From Candidatus Saccharimonadota bacterium (GTDB lineage Bacteria > Patescibacteriota > Saccharimonadia > Saccharimonadales > Saccharimonadaceae): a stretch of DNA of 64,000 nt. Shown piece by piece: positions 40,702 to 49,624 of the stretch. The stretch covers positions 23,569 to 87,568 of the forward strand of contig CAJPON010000001.1 of assembly GCA_905372275.1 (NCBI GenBank). The letters run 5' to 3'. A program made the position numbers and the translations under genes. The notes beneath the pieces were generated by a model. It was not told where the DNA came from. It made no database searches and saw only the letters and a program-made list of their open reading frames with translations. Each line of letters starts with the position of its first letter. The stretch's first letter is position 1.

Positions 40702-40723
40702 CCACTCACTACATCCTCTCTAC
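40702..40723. repeat. 22-bp inverted repeat (partner 38900-38921)
   Basis: Exact reverse complement of 38900-38921. Confidence 0.9.
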
Positions 40724-40753
40724 TTGTTAATGATTAGTTTTCGGAGTACTTGC

Positions 40754-40919
40754 TTCCTCCCACGTCGGGGCGGGAAATAGTTGCTACGAGCATCAGGTAG
40801 CCATTGGTTACTACACACTCCCGCGTCGGGGCGGCGAGTAGTGCGCAACTCCCACGTCGGGGCGGCTGCTCATAGCATAATGCTAATACTAGCGTAGCAT
40901 GATAGGGCGGGTTTGGCAA
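40754..40919 (-). promoter_or_regulatory. promoter plus structured leader with three CGCCCCGACGYGGGA motifs
   Basis: TTGCCA-17-TACGCT (40891-40919); motif cores at 40758-40772, 40819-40833, 40850-40864. Confidence 0.75.
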
Positions 40920-41142
40920 TGTGCTTGATATGCTTATGCTTGCCATGTTACTATAATTAGTAGTAATATTGTACGCAATAATGCAACCCTTTATACGGGC
41001 GGACACAAATAAACACAATATGAAAAACAAACATTTCGAGCTTTTACAATCTTATTAAAACTCTCATAGACACCTGATTATTCCGACGCCTGTGAGAGTT
41101 TTAATAGACGCTAGGAATCTATTAAAACTCTTGAGCTATTGA

Positions 41143-41289
41143 TTAAGCCGCTTTTTTAATCCGGGCGGCTTTTTTCAATACACAAAACGAGAAGTAACGT
41201 GCACGTTTTGGGTAAATCTTTTTACCATTTCGGCGAATATACCGACAGATAACGTGCTCTATGCACTCGGGATTTGTACATGCTTTCAT
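41143..41289 (-). CDS. 48-aa basic Cys-containing protein
   Basis: GGGAGG SD before MKACTNPEC...CRYIRRNGKKIYPKRARYFSFC. Confidence 0.6.
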   Translation of the reverse strand: MKACTNPECIEHVICRYIRRNGKKIYPKRARYFSFCVLKKAARIKKAA

Positions 41290-41423
41290 GCACCCTCCCC
41301 TTATTAAATTTTCTTCTCGCCATATGGCATCTTGCAGCCACATGGCTGCATCGGCATTGTAATCATTTTTATTTTTCCAAATTCCTAATGAACTAACCTA
41401 GCATTTTCTAGATTTTTGGTAAT

Positions 41424-41618
41424 AAAAAAGTCATATGCCGAGATGGACGGCGTAGGCTACAACGATTGTTGCCTTGATGGCAATAGAACTTTTTGAGATC
41501 CACGCCATCCATCTCGATATATGACGAATAGATTGTCAATCGTTGCAGCTTCCTCACGGCGTTCTAAGACCGTTCCAACGATGCGTTCATCCCCTATGAA
41601 CCCCTCCATATTGGTGAA
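41424..41618 (-). ncRNA. candidate structured RNA / attenuator (~190 nt)
   Basis: TTGCTT-18-TATAAT promoter (~41626-41655), long stem 41430-41525 ending in a U6 tract. Confidence 0.4.
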
Positions 41619-41706
41619 TGAGTTTATTATATCATATATCTTTATAAATAAGCAATATCCCTAGCGTCACATACTGCTTATGCACTCTATATGTAGTGTC
41701 ATATAC

Positions 41707-41740
41707 AAAAGAAGAGCCGCGCGTTATTGCGCAAGCTCTC
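41707..41740 (-). terminator. terminator of the head operon
   Basis: GAGAGCTTGCGC-AATAAC-GCGCGGCTCTT followed by CTTTT. Confidence 0.7.
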
Positions 41741-41763
41741 CTACAACAAATCATCCGACGTTG

Positions 41764-42207
41764 TTAACGTGGCAGATTGATATCCTGCGGTCGGTGTCCA
41801 GGCTCCTTGTTGTTGCCGTTGTCGCGGAATAAATTTTGCTCGCACTCCGTGTTTGCGTCGTCGATTCGTTTCAAGTCCTCAGCGACATCTTTTTCCACGG
41901 TAATGTACACATCTCTTTTTTCACCCGACTCTTCGTCAATTTCTACGCCGCCGCGATACGCTTTGCCGTTGACGCAGACCGTATGTGCTAGGTGGATTCG
42001 CACTGTGTCGTCAGTTGGTTCCGGCGCAGGTGCTTCCGGTACGACGTCCGTATCAATTTCACTGTCTTCAGGTACAGGCGTGCCCTCCGCTACGCTGTCT
42101 AGCTTTGCGAGTACCGCTTCATCAATAGTGTCTGGCGATACCAGCGTACCGTCTTTACGGTATTGAACTTGCCCGTTCGCAGCCGTCTTTTTTGTAAATA
42201 CTGCCAT
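41764..42207 (-). CDS. acidic hypothetical protein downstream of capsid
   Basis: 147-aa ORF with AAAGGA SD. Confidence 0.7.
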   Translation of the reverse strand: MAVFTKKTAANGQVQYRKDGTLVSPDTIDEAVLAKLDSVAEGTPVPEDSEIDTDVVPEAPAPEPTDDTVRIHLAHTVCVNGKAYRGGVEIDEESGEKRDVYITVEKDVAEDLKRIDDANTECEQNLFRDNGNNKEPGHRPQDINLPR

Positions 42208-42273
42208 AAGTATCCTTTGCTATTACGTTGATATGGTGGGGCGCAAGGACTTTCCCCGCGCCCCGAGAGCTGG

Positions 42274-43245
42274 CTAGTAAGCCGAACCGCTCTCGATACG
42301 CGCCATCCAGTTGTTGTTCAGGATGCACGCCTTTGCCGCTGCTTTCCAGCCGAGCGTCATGATTTGCTCAAGCGGGTCAGACACGCCGCCAGGACCTTGC
42401 TTGTAGGTCTTCAGCTTCTGCAAGTCGGTATTCGCATACGCATCCATGCCAAAGAGAAGGCTCGTGTGAATGTCCACTTTCCCTGTGTTTTTTACGGTCG
42501 GGATCATGTTGCTGCGGATTACCGTCACACCAGAGAACCGAGCAATCGTACCGGTGTACAGTTCGTTTGCTTTATCTCTGTTCGCTTGATGGATTGCCGC
42601 CTGCTTGAAGTCTTCGTCCTTCATGAGATCCTGCTCAACCATCGGGTCGACAACGAGAACGAAGTTACCGTCACCGGCTTTCATCTCGATCTCTTTTGTC
42701 GACTCTTTGCGCGTTGCGACTTCGGTAAACTCGCGTGCACCCGATTGGCGCAAACGAGCGACCTCAGCGCGTACGTCATCCCATTTCAGGATGTCAGTCT
42801 TTGCCAAGCCGTCGCGCGTAGTCTTGTTGTTCGCATAGCGTACTGCCGTACCTTTGCTAACGACATTATAGATTGCGCGGTCTAAGCTACGCGCCGCCTG
42901 CGTGCCGAGAATCTGATATTTCTCCTGCATTGAGCGGTGCTTCGGCGTTAAGCCTGCCAAGTCGGTGATGGTGATGTAATCACCGTACTGGTCGATCGTC
43001 GCGTTGATGGCCGACGTTGCAAGCTTGCTACCTGCCGGAGCGACACCTTCCGTTAGTGGATCGGTCACAATATCAAGTTCGGCATATTGCGTAAACCGAA
43101 TACCTTTGCCGTTACCAGCCGGAATGTTTTCTAGGTGACCGAACTGGTTTAACACTGTTTGATATTTGGCGCGTTTGAGCGTCTGCGCCGACATGTATTC
43201 CTGAATGTCAGCGGCAAGTTCTGCTGTAGTTGTCTTTACACCCAT
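42274..43245 (-). CDS. major capsid protein (N4-gp56-like family)
   Basis: LTEGV.P, QYGDY...TD, DPLEQ..TLGWK, RIES; follows scaffold. Confidence 0.88.
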   Translation of the reverse strand: MGVKTTTAELAADIQEYMSAQTLKRAKYQTVLNQFGHLENIPAGNGKGIRFTQYAELDIVTDPLTEGVAPAGSKLATSAINATIDQYGDYITITDLAGLTPKHRSMQEKYQILGTQAARSLDRAIYNVVSKGTAVRYANNKTTRDGLAKTDILKWDDVRAEVARLRQSGAREFTEVATRKESTKEIEMKAGDGNFVLVVDPMVEQDLMKDEDFKQAAIHQANRDKANELYTGTIARFSGVTVIRSNMIPTVKNTGKVDIHTSLLFGMDAYANTDLQKLKTYKQGPGGVSDPLEQIMTLGWKAAAKACILNNNWMARIESGSAY

Positions 43246-43273
43246 GGTTTCCTCCTATTGGGATTACAAGCGC

Positions 43274-44149
43274 CTATACGTCCGTAAGCGGTACATCACC
43301 GATACGCGCTTCCAAATCACTCATACGGTCTGCTGAACCGGTTGAGCGGACTGCACTGCCAGCACCGCTGCTGTTAGCACGGTTACGCTGTGCGCTTCGC
43401 TGTCCGTACGATCGTTCAGCTTTGATCATCGCTTCGTATTGTGGCGCTTTGGTTTGTAAATATTCGAGTGGTGAGGGCGCTCCCTCGTGTGTGCCTACAA
43501 TCTGCGGATTACCGTTTGCATCTTCGGCAACGATGGCATAACGGTGTGCCCATTCTGAGAGTGCCTCTTCATGGAGAAATTGATTGTAGTGCGGGTCAGA
43601 CGGGTTAAATAGCGGTATGCTTGATTCAGCCTGCATGACCGATAGCCGAGTCTGTTCGCGCGTTTGCTTTACTTGCATGAGGGCTTGCTCAGCTTGGCGC
43701 GCTCGCTCGTTTCGCCGCAATTCCCGTAGCTGGTCGGCTACGGCTGGATCCATGTCTTCAAAGTCTTGCTCGTCAGGCTCGACGTTTATGAATTCATTGA
43801 TCGCCTGGTTGCTTAATTCCTTAAGCAGTTGAGAGTCGGCTTGTGCTGCCTGCTGCTTCGCGGCAATGCGGCGTTGTGCGAAGTAGTTGTTCCTCTCTGC
43901 TTCAGACATGTTGTCAGGATTGCCCGACGCATCTTTCGCGCCGGCTTCCGACTCTGTGTCTGTTTGCTGTTCCACGGAGTCTGTGCTCCGGCCGTCATCA
44001 TCATGTTGACTCTCTTGGCTATCGTTATCGTTGTCAGAGGTAGTGCCGAGTCCACCATCCGGTTTCGATAAGTCGTAGCTGTCAAGCACATCAACTGATG
44101 AGCTGTTGTCTACAGTTGCTTCAGTAGTCTGAGCTGCTGAATCTTCCAT
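43274..44149 (-). CDS. putative scaffolding protein
   Basis: Acidic disordered N-terminus plus helical core, directly upstream of capsid. Confidence 0.65.
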   Translation of the reverse strand: MEDSAAQTTEATVDNSSSVDVLDSYDLSKPDGGLGTTSDNDNDSQESQHDDDGRSTDSVEQQTDTESEAGAKDASGNPDNMSEAERNNYFAQRRIAAKQQAAQADSQLLKELSNQAINEFINVEPDEQDFEDMDPAVADQLRELRRNERARQAEQALMQVKQTREQTRLSVMQAESSIPLFNPSDPHYNQFLHEEALSEWAHRYAIVAEDANGNPQIVGTHEGAPSPLEYLQTKAPQYEAMIKAERSYGQRSAQRNRANSSGAGSAVRSTGSADRMSDLEARIGDVPLTDV

Positions 44150-44269
44150 AGGACCACTCCTTTCGTTAGTTACTTCACGTTTATACGGGCGGTGCCCGAG
44201 GGTCGGAGGAATCCCCGATCGACAATCGACAAGTGGTAGTTGGTAAGATCGATTGCCGGTCGTGGATTC

Positions 44270-44503
44270 CTACGGCTGCGGAGTTGGTTCTATCGGGACG
44301 ATATCGTAGTCATCTCCTTTCTTCACAAGCATTTTTCCATTCGGGATTGCCTTTACGTGCCCATGGCGGTTCTGGCAACTCGTACACACCAGGTCGTTAC
44401 CGCGCTGTTCCCACTCGTGGTGCTCCGGTGGATCTGGATGTTCCATAGTCAGTTCCTCCGGCTGGTTGAGCTTCAGCGTCTCAAACTCTTTATTGTTCGT
44501 CAT
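44270..44503 (-). CDS. small hypothetical protein (CxxC-xx-H)
   Basis: HEWEQRG..LVCTSC..RH; overlap-coupled. Confidence 0.65.
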   Translation of the reverse strand: MTNNKEFETLKLNQPEELTMEHPDPPEHHEWEQRGNDLVCTSCQNRHGHVKAIPNGKMLVKKGDDYDIVPIEPTPQP

Positions 44504-44832
44504 GGGTTACTCGCTTTCTTCGCGCTCTCTAATAGCAGTATTACTTTCCGCAATCGATCTGCTACGATTTCGCTTGCGCGCATTTCTACGGCATAATCTG
44601 AATCAGTTGGGTGGGGGTTACTGCTTCTCAGACGGCTTAGGATTGCGGTATTTGAGTCATTCTTCTTTAGCTCGATCTCCAGGATTTCAATCAGCTTATC
44701 GGCCGCCGGTGCAAGCAGCATGTGTACGTTCTTTATTTCGTCGCGGCGCTCATCCGCCTTGGTCGGTTTTTTCTCCGGCTTCTTCTTTGGCGGGCGGTTC
44801 ACGCCCAAAAACATCGCTTCGTTACTAGCCAT
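44500..44832 (-). CDS. hypothetical protein
   Basis: 110 aa, overlaps portal stop. Confidence 0.7.
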   Translation of the reverse strand: MASNEAMFLGVNRPPKKKPEKKPTKADERRDEIKNVHMLLAPAADKLIEILEIELKKNDSNTAILSRLRSSNPHPTDSDYAVEMRASEIVADRLRKVILLLESAKKASNP

Positions 44833-46765
44833 TTGTTGCTCCTATTCGCGCCAAAAACTCTCTAACCGCCTCATCGCTCCATCCACGCGATTTTAGCTCT
44901 GCGGCGACCTGTTCATCATCCGAGGGGCTTTCCGTCGATTGTGCGCCATTCTGAGCGGTCATTTCTGTCTTGGCGGCTTCTTGCTGCGTTTTCATTTGCT
45001 GCTGCGCAAGTTTTTCCTGCTCCTGATGTACCTTTACCTGGTCAAGCGCACTCTGTGTCTGCATAGCCTGTAGCTGTTCTTGATTATTGATTGTCTGTTG
45101 TTCTTCCTGAGATAGCGACGTGATGATTTTATCGACATTATCAAGCCCAGATTTCTCAAATAATCCGGATATCAATTCGCCCCAGTGAATCTCTTTGCCG
45201 TCCTGGCGCAATTTGTTCTCAATATCGGGGATTGACGCGGCGGCGTTCATCGCCTCCACAATTCGCTGTTTGGTTGCGTCATCATCTTCAAACTTCGACG
45301 AGCCCGGGTCGACTTCGAACCGGTATTTCGCTTTCTTCAGTTCTTCAAACTCTGCTAATATCTCTGCCTTACCTTCCGGTACGTCATAGCCAGCAGCACG
45401 TAGTTTATCGCCTTGCTCCTCAGTGATATTGATAGCGTCCGAACCGTCACTGTTCTGTATTGCGATATTGATCATCAACTTCGCAAGCGTTGCCATCATG
45501 TCGTCTGCTGCCTGACGCTGCGCATTGTCGCGTGCGCTTCGGCGTTCAGCCTGCTGCCGTATGCTTGCCGGCACTTTCGAATACTGCGTGTTACCGCTAT
45601 CTGCTGCGGATACTGAACCATCGTTTGTACCGATGAGATTCATAATGTCAGTCTTATACGAGCCGATTAGTGTTGGAAATGCCTGGAGGATTGTCTTATC
45701 GGGGGTAAACCAGTCTATTTGGGCGTTACCGGTAAACATAAGGTTGCCCGGGCTAACGACGAGCGAGTCAAGGTCGAGGTTTGGATCGTTTTGCGTATCG
45801 CCGGCTACTTGCACTGCCGGGTCGAGCGCCTGCTGAACTCCATACGCGTTTGCGGCTTTCATGAAATCGAGCATGTTCTGCCCGGGACCGATCTTCTCAT
45901 AGCGGCTTACGCCATATGGATTAACCATGTTGATTTTGCGATACTTGAAAAATATTGGTAAGTCGCCAGCAATATCGGTATTAGTTTGCCAGCGGACAAT
46001 CTTATCGTTCGAGCTATCCGGATATATCGTGTACCATGGCGCATTGTGTCCGCGTTGAAAGCATGTGTAGAACGTTACCGTTTTGCCCATGTCTACTTGA
46101 GCTTTTAAGTCGCGCGGCAAATCATCGGTGCGCGCCGAAAATACATCGCTATCCACGATGCCTTGCAATATCTTGAGATTCCAGCCAGCGTGACCTTTCA
46201 CGCCTTTTACTTGTTCAATAATTCCACGCAGCGCTAGCTTCGTATAGTGGCGTGCCAACCAAATATAACTACAGCTTCTATCGGTAGGCTTTCCTGGTTC
46301 AAGCTTCACATCACGGATGTATGGCAATACAAAGTCGGAGCCGGTGTAATCCTCATTGCTGATCGGAAATACAAAGAGCGGTTGCGAGCCGTATAAGCCG
46401 GACTTCTCATCGGCAAGCTTTACTTTTTCAAAGAATTTAGCGTCAGTGTTCGCATTCGGGATTATTTTATTTACCCAGTAGGTGTCGACAACCGCCGTCT
46501 TCCACTCAGCAAAGTCTGCGCCATCAAGCGGTGATGATACGACGCGTCCGGTCTGCAGTTGACCCCATACGCGCATTACCTCTTCTTCGCCTAAACCGCT
46601 TGCAGTACCGTCAGTGACTTTTGGATAGTGCTCAGGGAGTTCGGGGCTTGGCTGGTTGCCATCGAGCCGTTCGTACTCGTCGAATGGTTCAAACCACGTA
46701 TCAGACCACTTCTTTGAGGCTTCGAGTGAGTCCGATAATTCATCTTCAAGCAAAAACGCCGACAC
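44825..46765 (-). CDS. portal protein (podovirus-type)
   Basis: 646 aa between TerL and scaffold; YG.S..E...P.Q; Q-rich C-terminal helix; GTG start. Confidence 0.75.
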   Translation of the reverse strand: MSAFLLEDELSDSLEASKKWSDTWFEPFDEYERLDGNQPSPELPEHYPKVTDGTASGLGEEEVMRVWGQLQTGRVVSSPLDGADFAEWKTAVVDTYWVNKIIPNANTDAKFFEKVKLADEKSGLYGSQPLFVFPISNEDYTGSDFVLPYIRDVKLEPGKPTDRSCSYIWLARHYTKLALRGIIEQVKGVKGHAGWNLKILQGIVDSDVFSARTDDLPRDLKAQVDMGKTVTFYTCFQRGHNAPWYTIYPDSSNDKIVRWQTNTDIAGDLPIFFKYRKINMVNPYGVSRYEKIGPGQNMLDFMKAANAYGVQQALDPAVQVAGDTQNDPNLDLDSLVVSPGNLMFTGNAQIDWFTPDKTILQAFPTLIGSYKTDIMNLIGTNDGSVSAADSGNTQYSKVPASIRQQAERRSARDNAQRQAADDMMATLAKLMINIAIQNSDGSDAINITEEQGDKLRAAGYDVPEGKAEILAEFEELKKAKYRFEVDPGSSKFEDDDATKQRIVEAMNAAASIPDIENKLRQDGKEIHWGELISGLFEKSGLDNVDKIITSLSQEEQQTINNQEQLQAMQTQSALDQVKVHQEQEKLAQQQMKTQQEAAKTEMTAQNGAQSTESPSDDEQVAAELKSRGWSDEAVREFLARIGATNG

Positions 46766-46772
46766 TGGTAGA

Positions 46773-46851
46773 AATATTCCTTTCGGAACACTCCCACGTC
46801 GGGGCGGCGTTCGTATACCGGTAGTATACTACATTCTCATCGCTATAGCAA
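46773..46851 (-). promoter_or_regulatory. portal promoter plus RNA switch element
   Basis: TTGCTA-17-TATACT (46823-46851); 46773-46812 identical to 29624-29663. Confidence 0.75.
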
Positions 46852-46860
46852 CACTTATGT

Positions 46861-47142
46861 TTATGCATTCGTGCGCTGTTTCATGATGGTGTACGTGATA
46901 TGGACACGCTTCACTTCTTTCGTAATGTTATCGATATCATAGTGGACATCAATAGCGTCTTCAGCTACACCTGCTCTGATTAGATCCATCACCTTTTTAA
47001 CGGCAATTTCCTGCGCATGCAGCGAGTCAAGCGCATCCAGCGATTCAGTCTGCGTCACCTTCACCGACCGCAGCTTATTGTCGTAGTACGATTCTGTGAT
47101 GATTCGTTTGCCAAACTCTACTGGCGCTTCTGTACTACTCAT
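46861..47142 (-). CDS. hypothetical protein
   Basis: 93 aa, AGGAGG SD. Confidence 0.7.
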   Translation of the reverse strand: MSSTEAPVEFGKRIITESYYDNKLRSVKVTQTESLDALDSLHAQEIAVKKVMDLIRAGVAEDAIDVHYDIDNITKEVKRVHITYTIMKQRTNA

Positions 47143-47146
47143 GGTT

Positions 47147-48526
47147 TTACCTCCTTGTCATCATGTTTAGTCGTTTTTGAGGGCGTCGTATCGGGGCTCT
47201 ATTCGTTAGAGCACGGGGATCTGTCAGGGCTAAGGTAGAGAATGCGTCGGTAGCATGGCTTGACCAATCGTGCACCGGCTCATTCTCGTAGCGCATCATC
47301 TTCTCGTTCCACGTTTTGTGGTACGACTTTAGCGCTTTGATACCTCGGTCGCATTTCGTTTTATCGAAGTAGCAGCGCGGCAGGATTGTACGGATTGCGT
47401 TGATTGCCTCCTCTTTCTTATTTGGCTTCGGCACGGTCTTGAAGTTAATGCCAAGCTTCATTGCTGTTTCCTTTCGGCTCATACCGCTTGATAGTTCGCG
47501 CACTTCAATGTCATGCGGTGCGTAGTGCTCGCCATATACGTAGCCTCGCTTATCTAGCTCAGCGAAGTAGAATGGCAAGCCTTCACCTGAATTCTCGTAA
47601 TAATCAATCACTCGTATCTCATTCGCATAGAGCTGGACAAACCATATAGACATGCTATCGTCGATTCCTAAGTCCCAATATGTGTTAACGCGCAGCAATG
47701 GATCATATGGCACGTCGCGTATTCGATTCTCATTCTCAGCACGGCGCATACCGCCGCCAAAGTATGCACCGGATACTGGCGCTTCAAATGAACAGTAGTA
47801 CTCCTGGTCGACGAAAGCGTTTGCTTCTTCTTCAGATTGACCGCGCGCTAGAAACCGTTCGATTGTTCGTTGACGGATTTTAACCATCTGCTCGGGCGTG
47901 AAGACATTCGTGTCATCTACTGTCAGTATTGAGACATACACGTTAGGGTCGTTTTTCCAGCTCTCAAGCATGTACTTCAGCCAGCTATCACCATTCGCTG
48001 TACCGTTGACGATAACTATACCGCCATTTGCTTCAACGATCGGCTCGATGATATCAATGATTCGCGGGTCATGCATTTGGATTTCAGACAGTACAAATAG
48101 CTTACTGTTACCTCCACGAGCACGTCCGGGCTTAAAAAACGACATCACACGGAGTGATGTGCCGTTTATGAAATTTACTCGCTTCAGACTATCGTTAAGT
48201 CCATTGTCACGCCTATGCTTCCGCTCGCGTAAAGCCATCGGTATGAAATCAGTGAATGCTAAGCCATTGTTGGTCACCGATTCCCATAGGTTGTCGCGCG
48301 CCATATCGCCAGTTGGAAAACCATATTTAATCGTCTCGACATTCTCTGCGCCATGCTCAATCGCCGCGTTCCAACTCGTTAAGTCCTTGCCGCCGCGGCG
48401 ATGCCATATTAGTACAAATAGCCAATATTTTTTACCCTTATGCTTCCCTTCGCCGTGTAACGCATCCCAAAAATCCTTCTGATAGTCGCGCGCACGGTAG
48501 ATGTGCGGCAGTTTAATTATCGTCAT
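47147..48526 (-). CDS. terminase large subunit
   Basis: WHRRGGKD Walker A, QEYYCSF, WDLGIDD, PHD, HDWSSHATDAF; start set at MTIIKLP. Confidence 0.93.
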   Translation of the reverse strand: MTIIKLPHIYRARDYQKDFWDALHGEGKHKGKKYWLFVLIWHRRGGKDLTSWNAAIEHGAENVETIKYGFPTGDMARDNLWESVTNNGLAFTDFIPMALRERKHRRDNGLNDSLKRVNFINGTSLRVMSFFKPGRARGGNSKLFVLSEIQMHDPRIIDIIEPIVEANGGIVIVNGTANGDSWLKYMLESWKNDPNVYVSILTVDDTNVFTPEQMVKIRQRTIERFLARGQSEEEANAFVDQEYYCSFEAPVSGAYFGGGMRRAENENRIRDVPYDPLLRVNTYWDLGIDDSMSIWFVQLYANEIRVIDYYENSGEGLPFYFAELDKRGYVYGEHYAPHDIEVRELSSGMSRKETAMKLGINFKTVPKPNKKEEAINAIRTILPRCYFDKTKCDRGIKALKSYHKTWNEKMMRYENEPVHDWSSHATDAFSTLALTDPRALTNRAPIRRPQKRLNMMTRR

Positions 48527-49028
48527 CCGTCTCCTCGTCTGCATGGTGGCGCGTTTCGATAACCAATTTCGACTCGCCGCTATTCTCTTGCTCGACTTTA
48601 TTTTTCCAGCCAAAATTATTAGACAATGAAAATATCGTGCCAGCAACCGAACCTTTATTCGAATACAGCCGTTCTTCGGCAAACGACTCAATTTTCAGCT
48701 TTGCCGCTTTTATAGTGTCAGAAAACTCGTCGCGCTCTTCGTAATCAAGTAGCGTTTGTCTGGTAGTTCCCAAAAAAAGAGCTAGCCCCGTTATCGTGTA
48801 CGGACGCTGCTCAGACACACGCTTTTTCTTCACAACAATTGGCTCAGCGTCCATGTCTTCAACCATGCGCCCTTTTTCATTCTCAACCAGCGGCTGCTGC
48901 AAAACTTTCACTGTCTCAATGTGCGGGTCGCAATACTTAAAATACGCCTTGATCTTGCGCTCAAGCTCTTTAACCGTCGCAAATTTCAGAGGTCGTCCGC
49001 CTGCATGTTTTCCATTTTGCTCAGCCAA
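48513..49028 (-). CDS. terminase small subunit
   Basis: GRPLKF....L...I.AYF, TITGLALFLG, G.IF.L.NNFGW; TTG start assumed. Confidence 0.8.
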   Translation of the reverse strand: MAEQNGKHAGGRPLKFATVKELERKIKAYFKYCDPHIETVKVLQQPLVENEKGRMVEDMDAEPIVVKKKRVSEQRPYTITGLALFLGTTRQTLLDYEERDEFSDTIKAAKLKIESFAEERLYSNKGSVAGTIFSLSNNFGWKNKVEQENSGESKLVIETRHHADEETDDDN

Positions 49029-49160
49029 AAGAAAATACCCCCTAGTATCATTAAAAATACCAGCTGGGGGTGCTGTATTTTTCATAATACACAAAAACGA
49101 GCATCCTGTCTATATTTCGGACCGCGTTTTCAAAAATCTGTTAGTTTGGATACTAGCGAG

Positions 49161-49190
49161 AAAAATAACCACTCTCGGGTGGTTATTTTT
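49161..49190. terminator. bidirectional terminator between early arm and packaging genes
   Basis: aaaaataaccac-tctcgg-gtggttattttt perfect 12-bp stem. Confidence 0.8.
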
Positions 49191-49261
49191 ACTACCGCTC
49201 AACCACCAACTCAATACACCGCTTCTTATGGCACTTGTCGCACTGGATGGATGGTTTTGAT

Positions 49262-49624
49262 TCATTCTTCGCCATTTCTCTTATTCAACTCCTTAGTAAT
49301 ATTGCGAATAAATCGTCCTACATGTATCCTGGCACATGTTTCGGCGTTATTCTTACTCATCTTAGTTTTCTTCCGTAGCACCTTTTGCATATCGAAAAAG
49401 ATAGGAGCAATAACGTCGGCAAAGTATTGTCCGATAGCTGCTTCTACCGCATGCTGGTTGATTGCCATTTGACAGTAATTCTTATCATCGAAGTTGCTCA
49501 GTAACAGGTCTACATACTCGGCAGATTCCATACTTGAACGTTTTGCTATTGAGATACCTTCTTCTGACAGTTTATTTATTTCGTCTAGCCATTTTTGGTC
49601 TTGGTCGGATATTTTAGTACTCAT
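49262..49624 (-). CDS. hypothetical phage protein
   Basis: 120 aa, coupled ORF. Confidence 0.65.
   Translation of the reverse strand: MSTKISDQDQKWLDEINKLSEEGISIAKRSSMESAEYVDLLLSNFDDKNYCQMAINQHAVEAAIGQYFADVIAPIFFDMQKVLRKKTKMSKNNAETCARIHVGRFIRNITKELNKRNGEE

Noticed and set aside
40754..40866. CRISPR array interpretation of the three tandem motifs
   Set aside because: Repeat is only 15-17 nt, spacers are uneven (46 and 16 nt), no cas genes, and the same motif occurs singly in gene leaders
40734..41030. 98-aa minus-strand ORF
   Set aside because: Runs through a promoter and the repeated RNA motifs with no SD; only its last 19 codons are plausible
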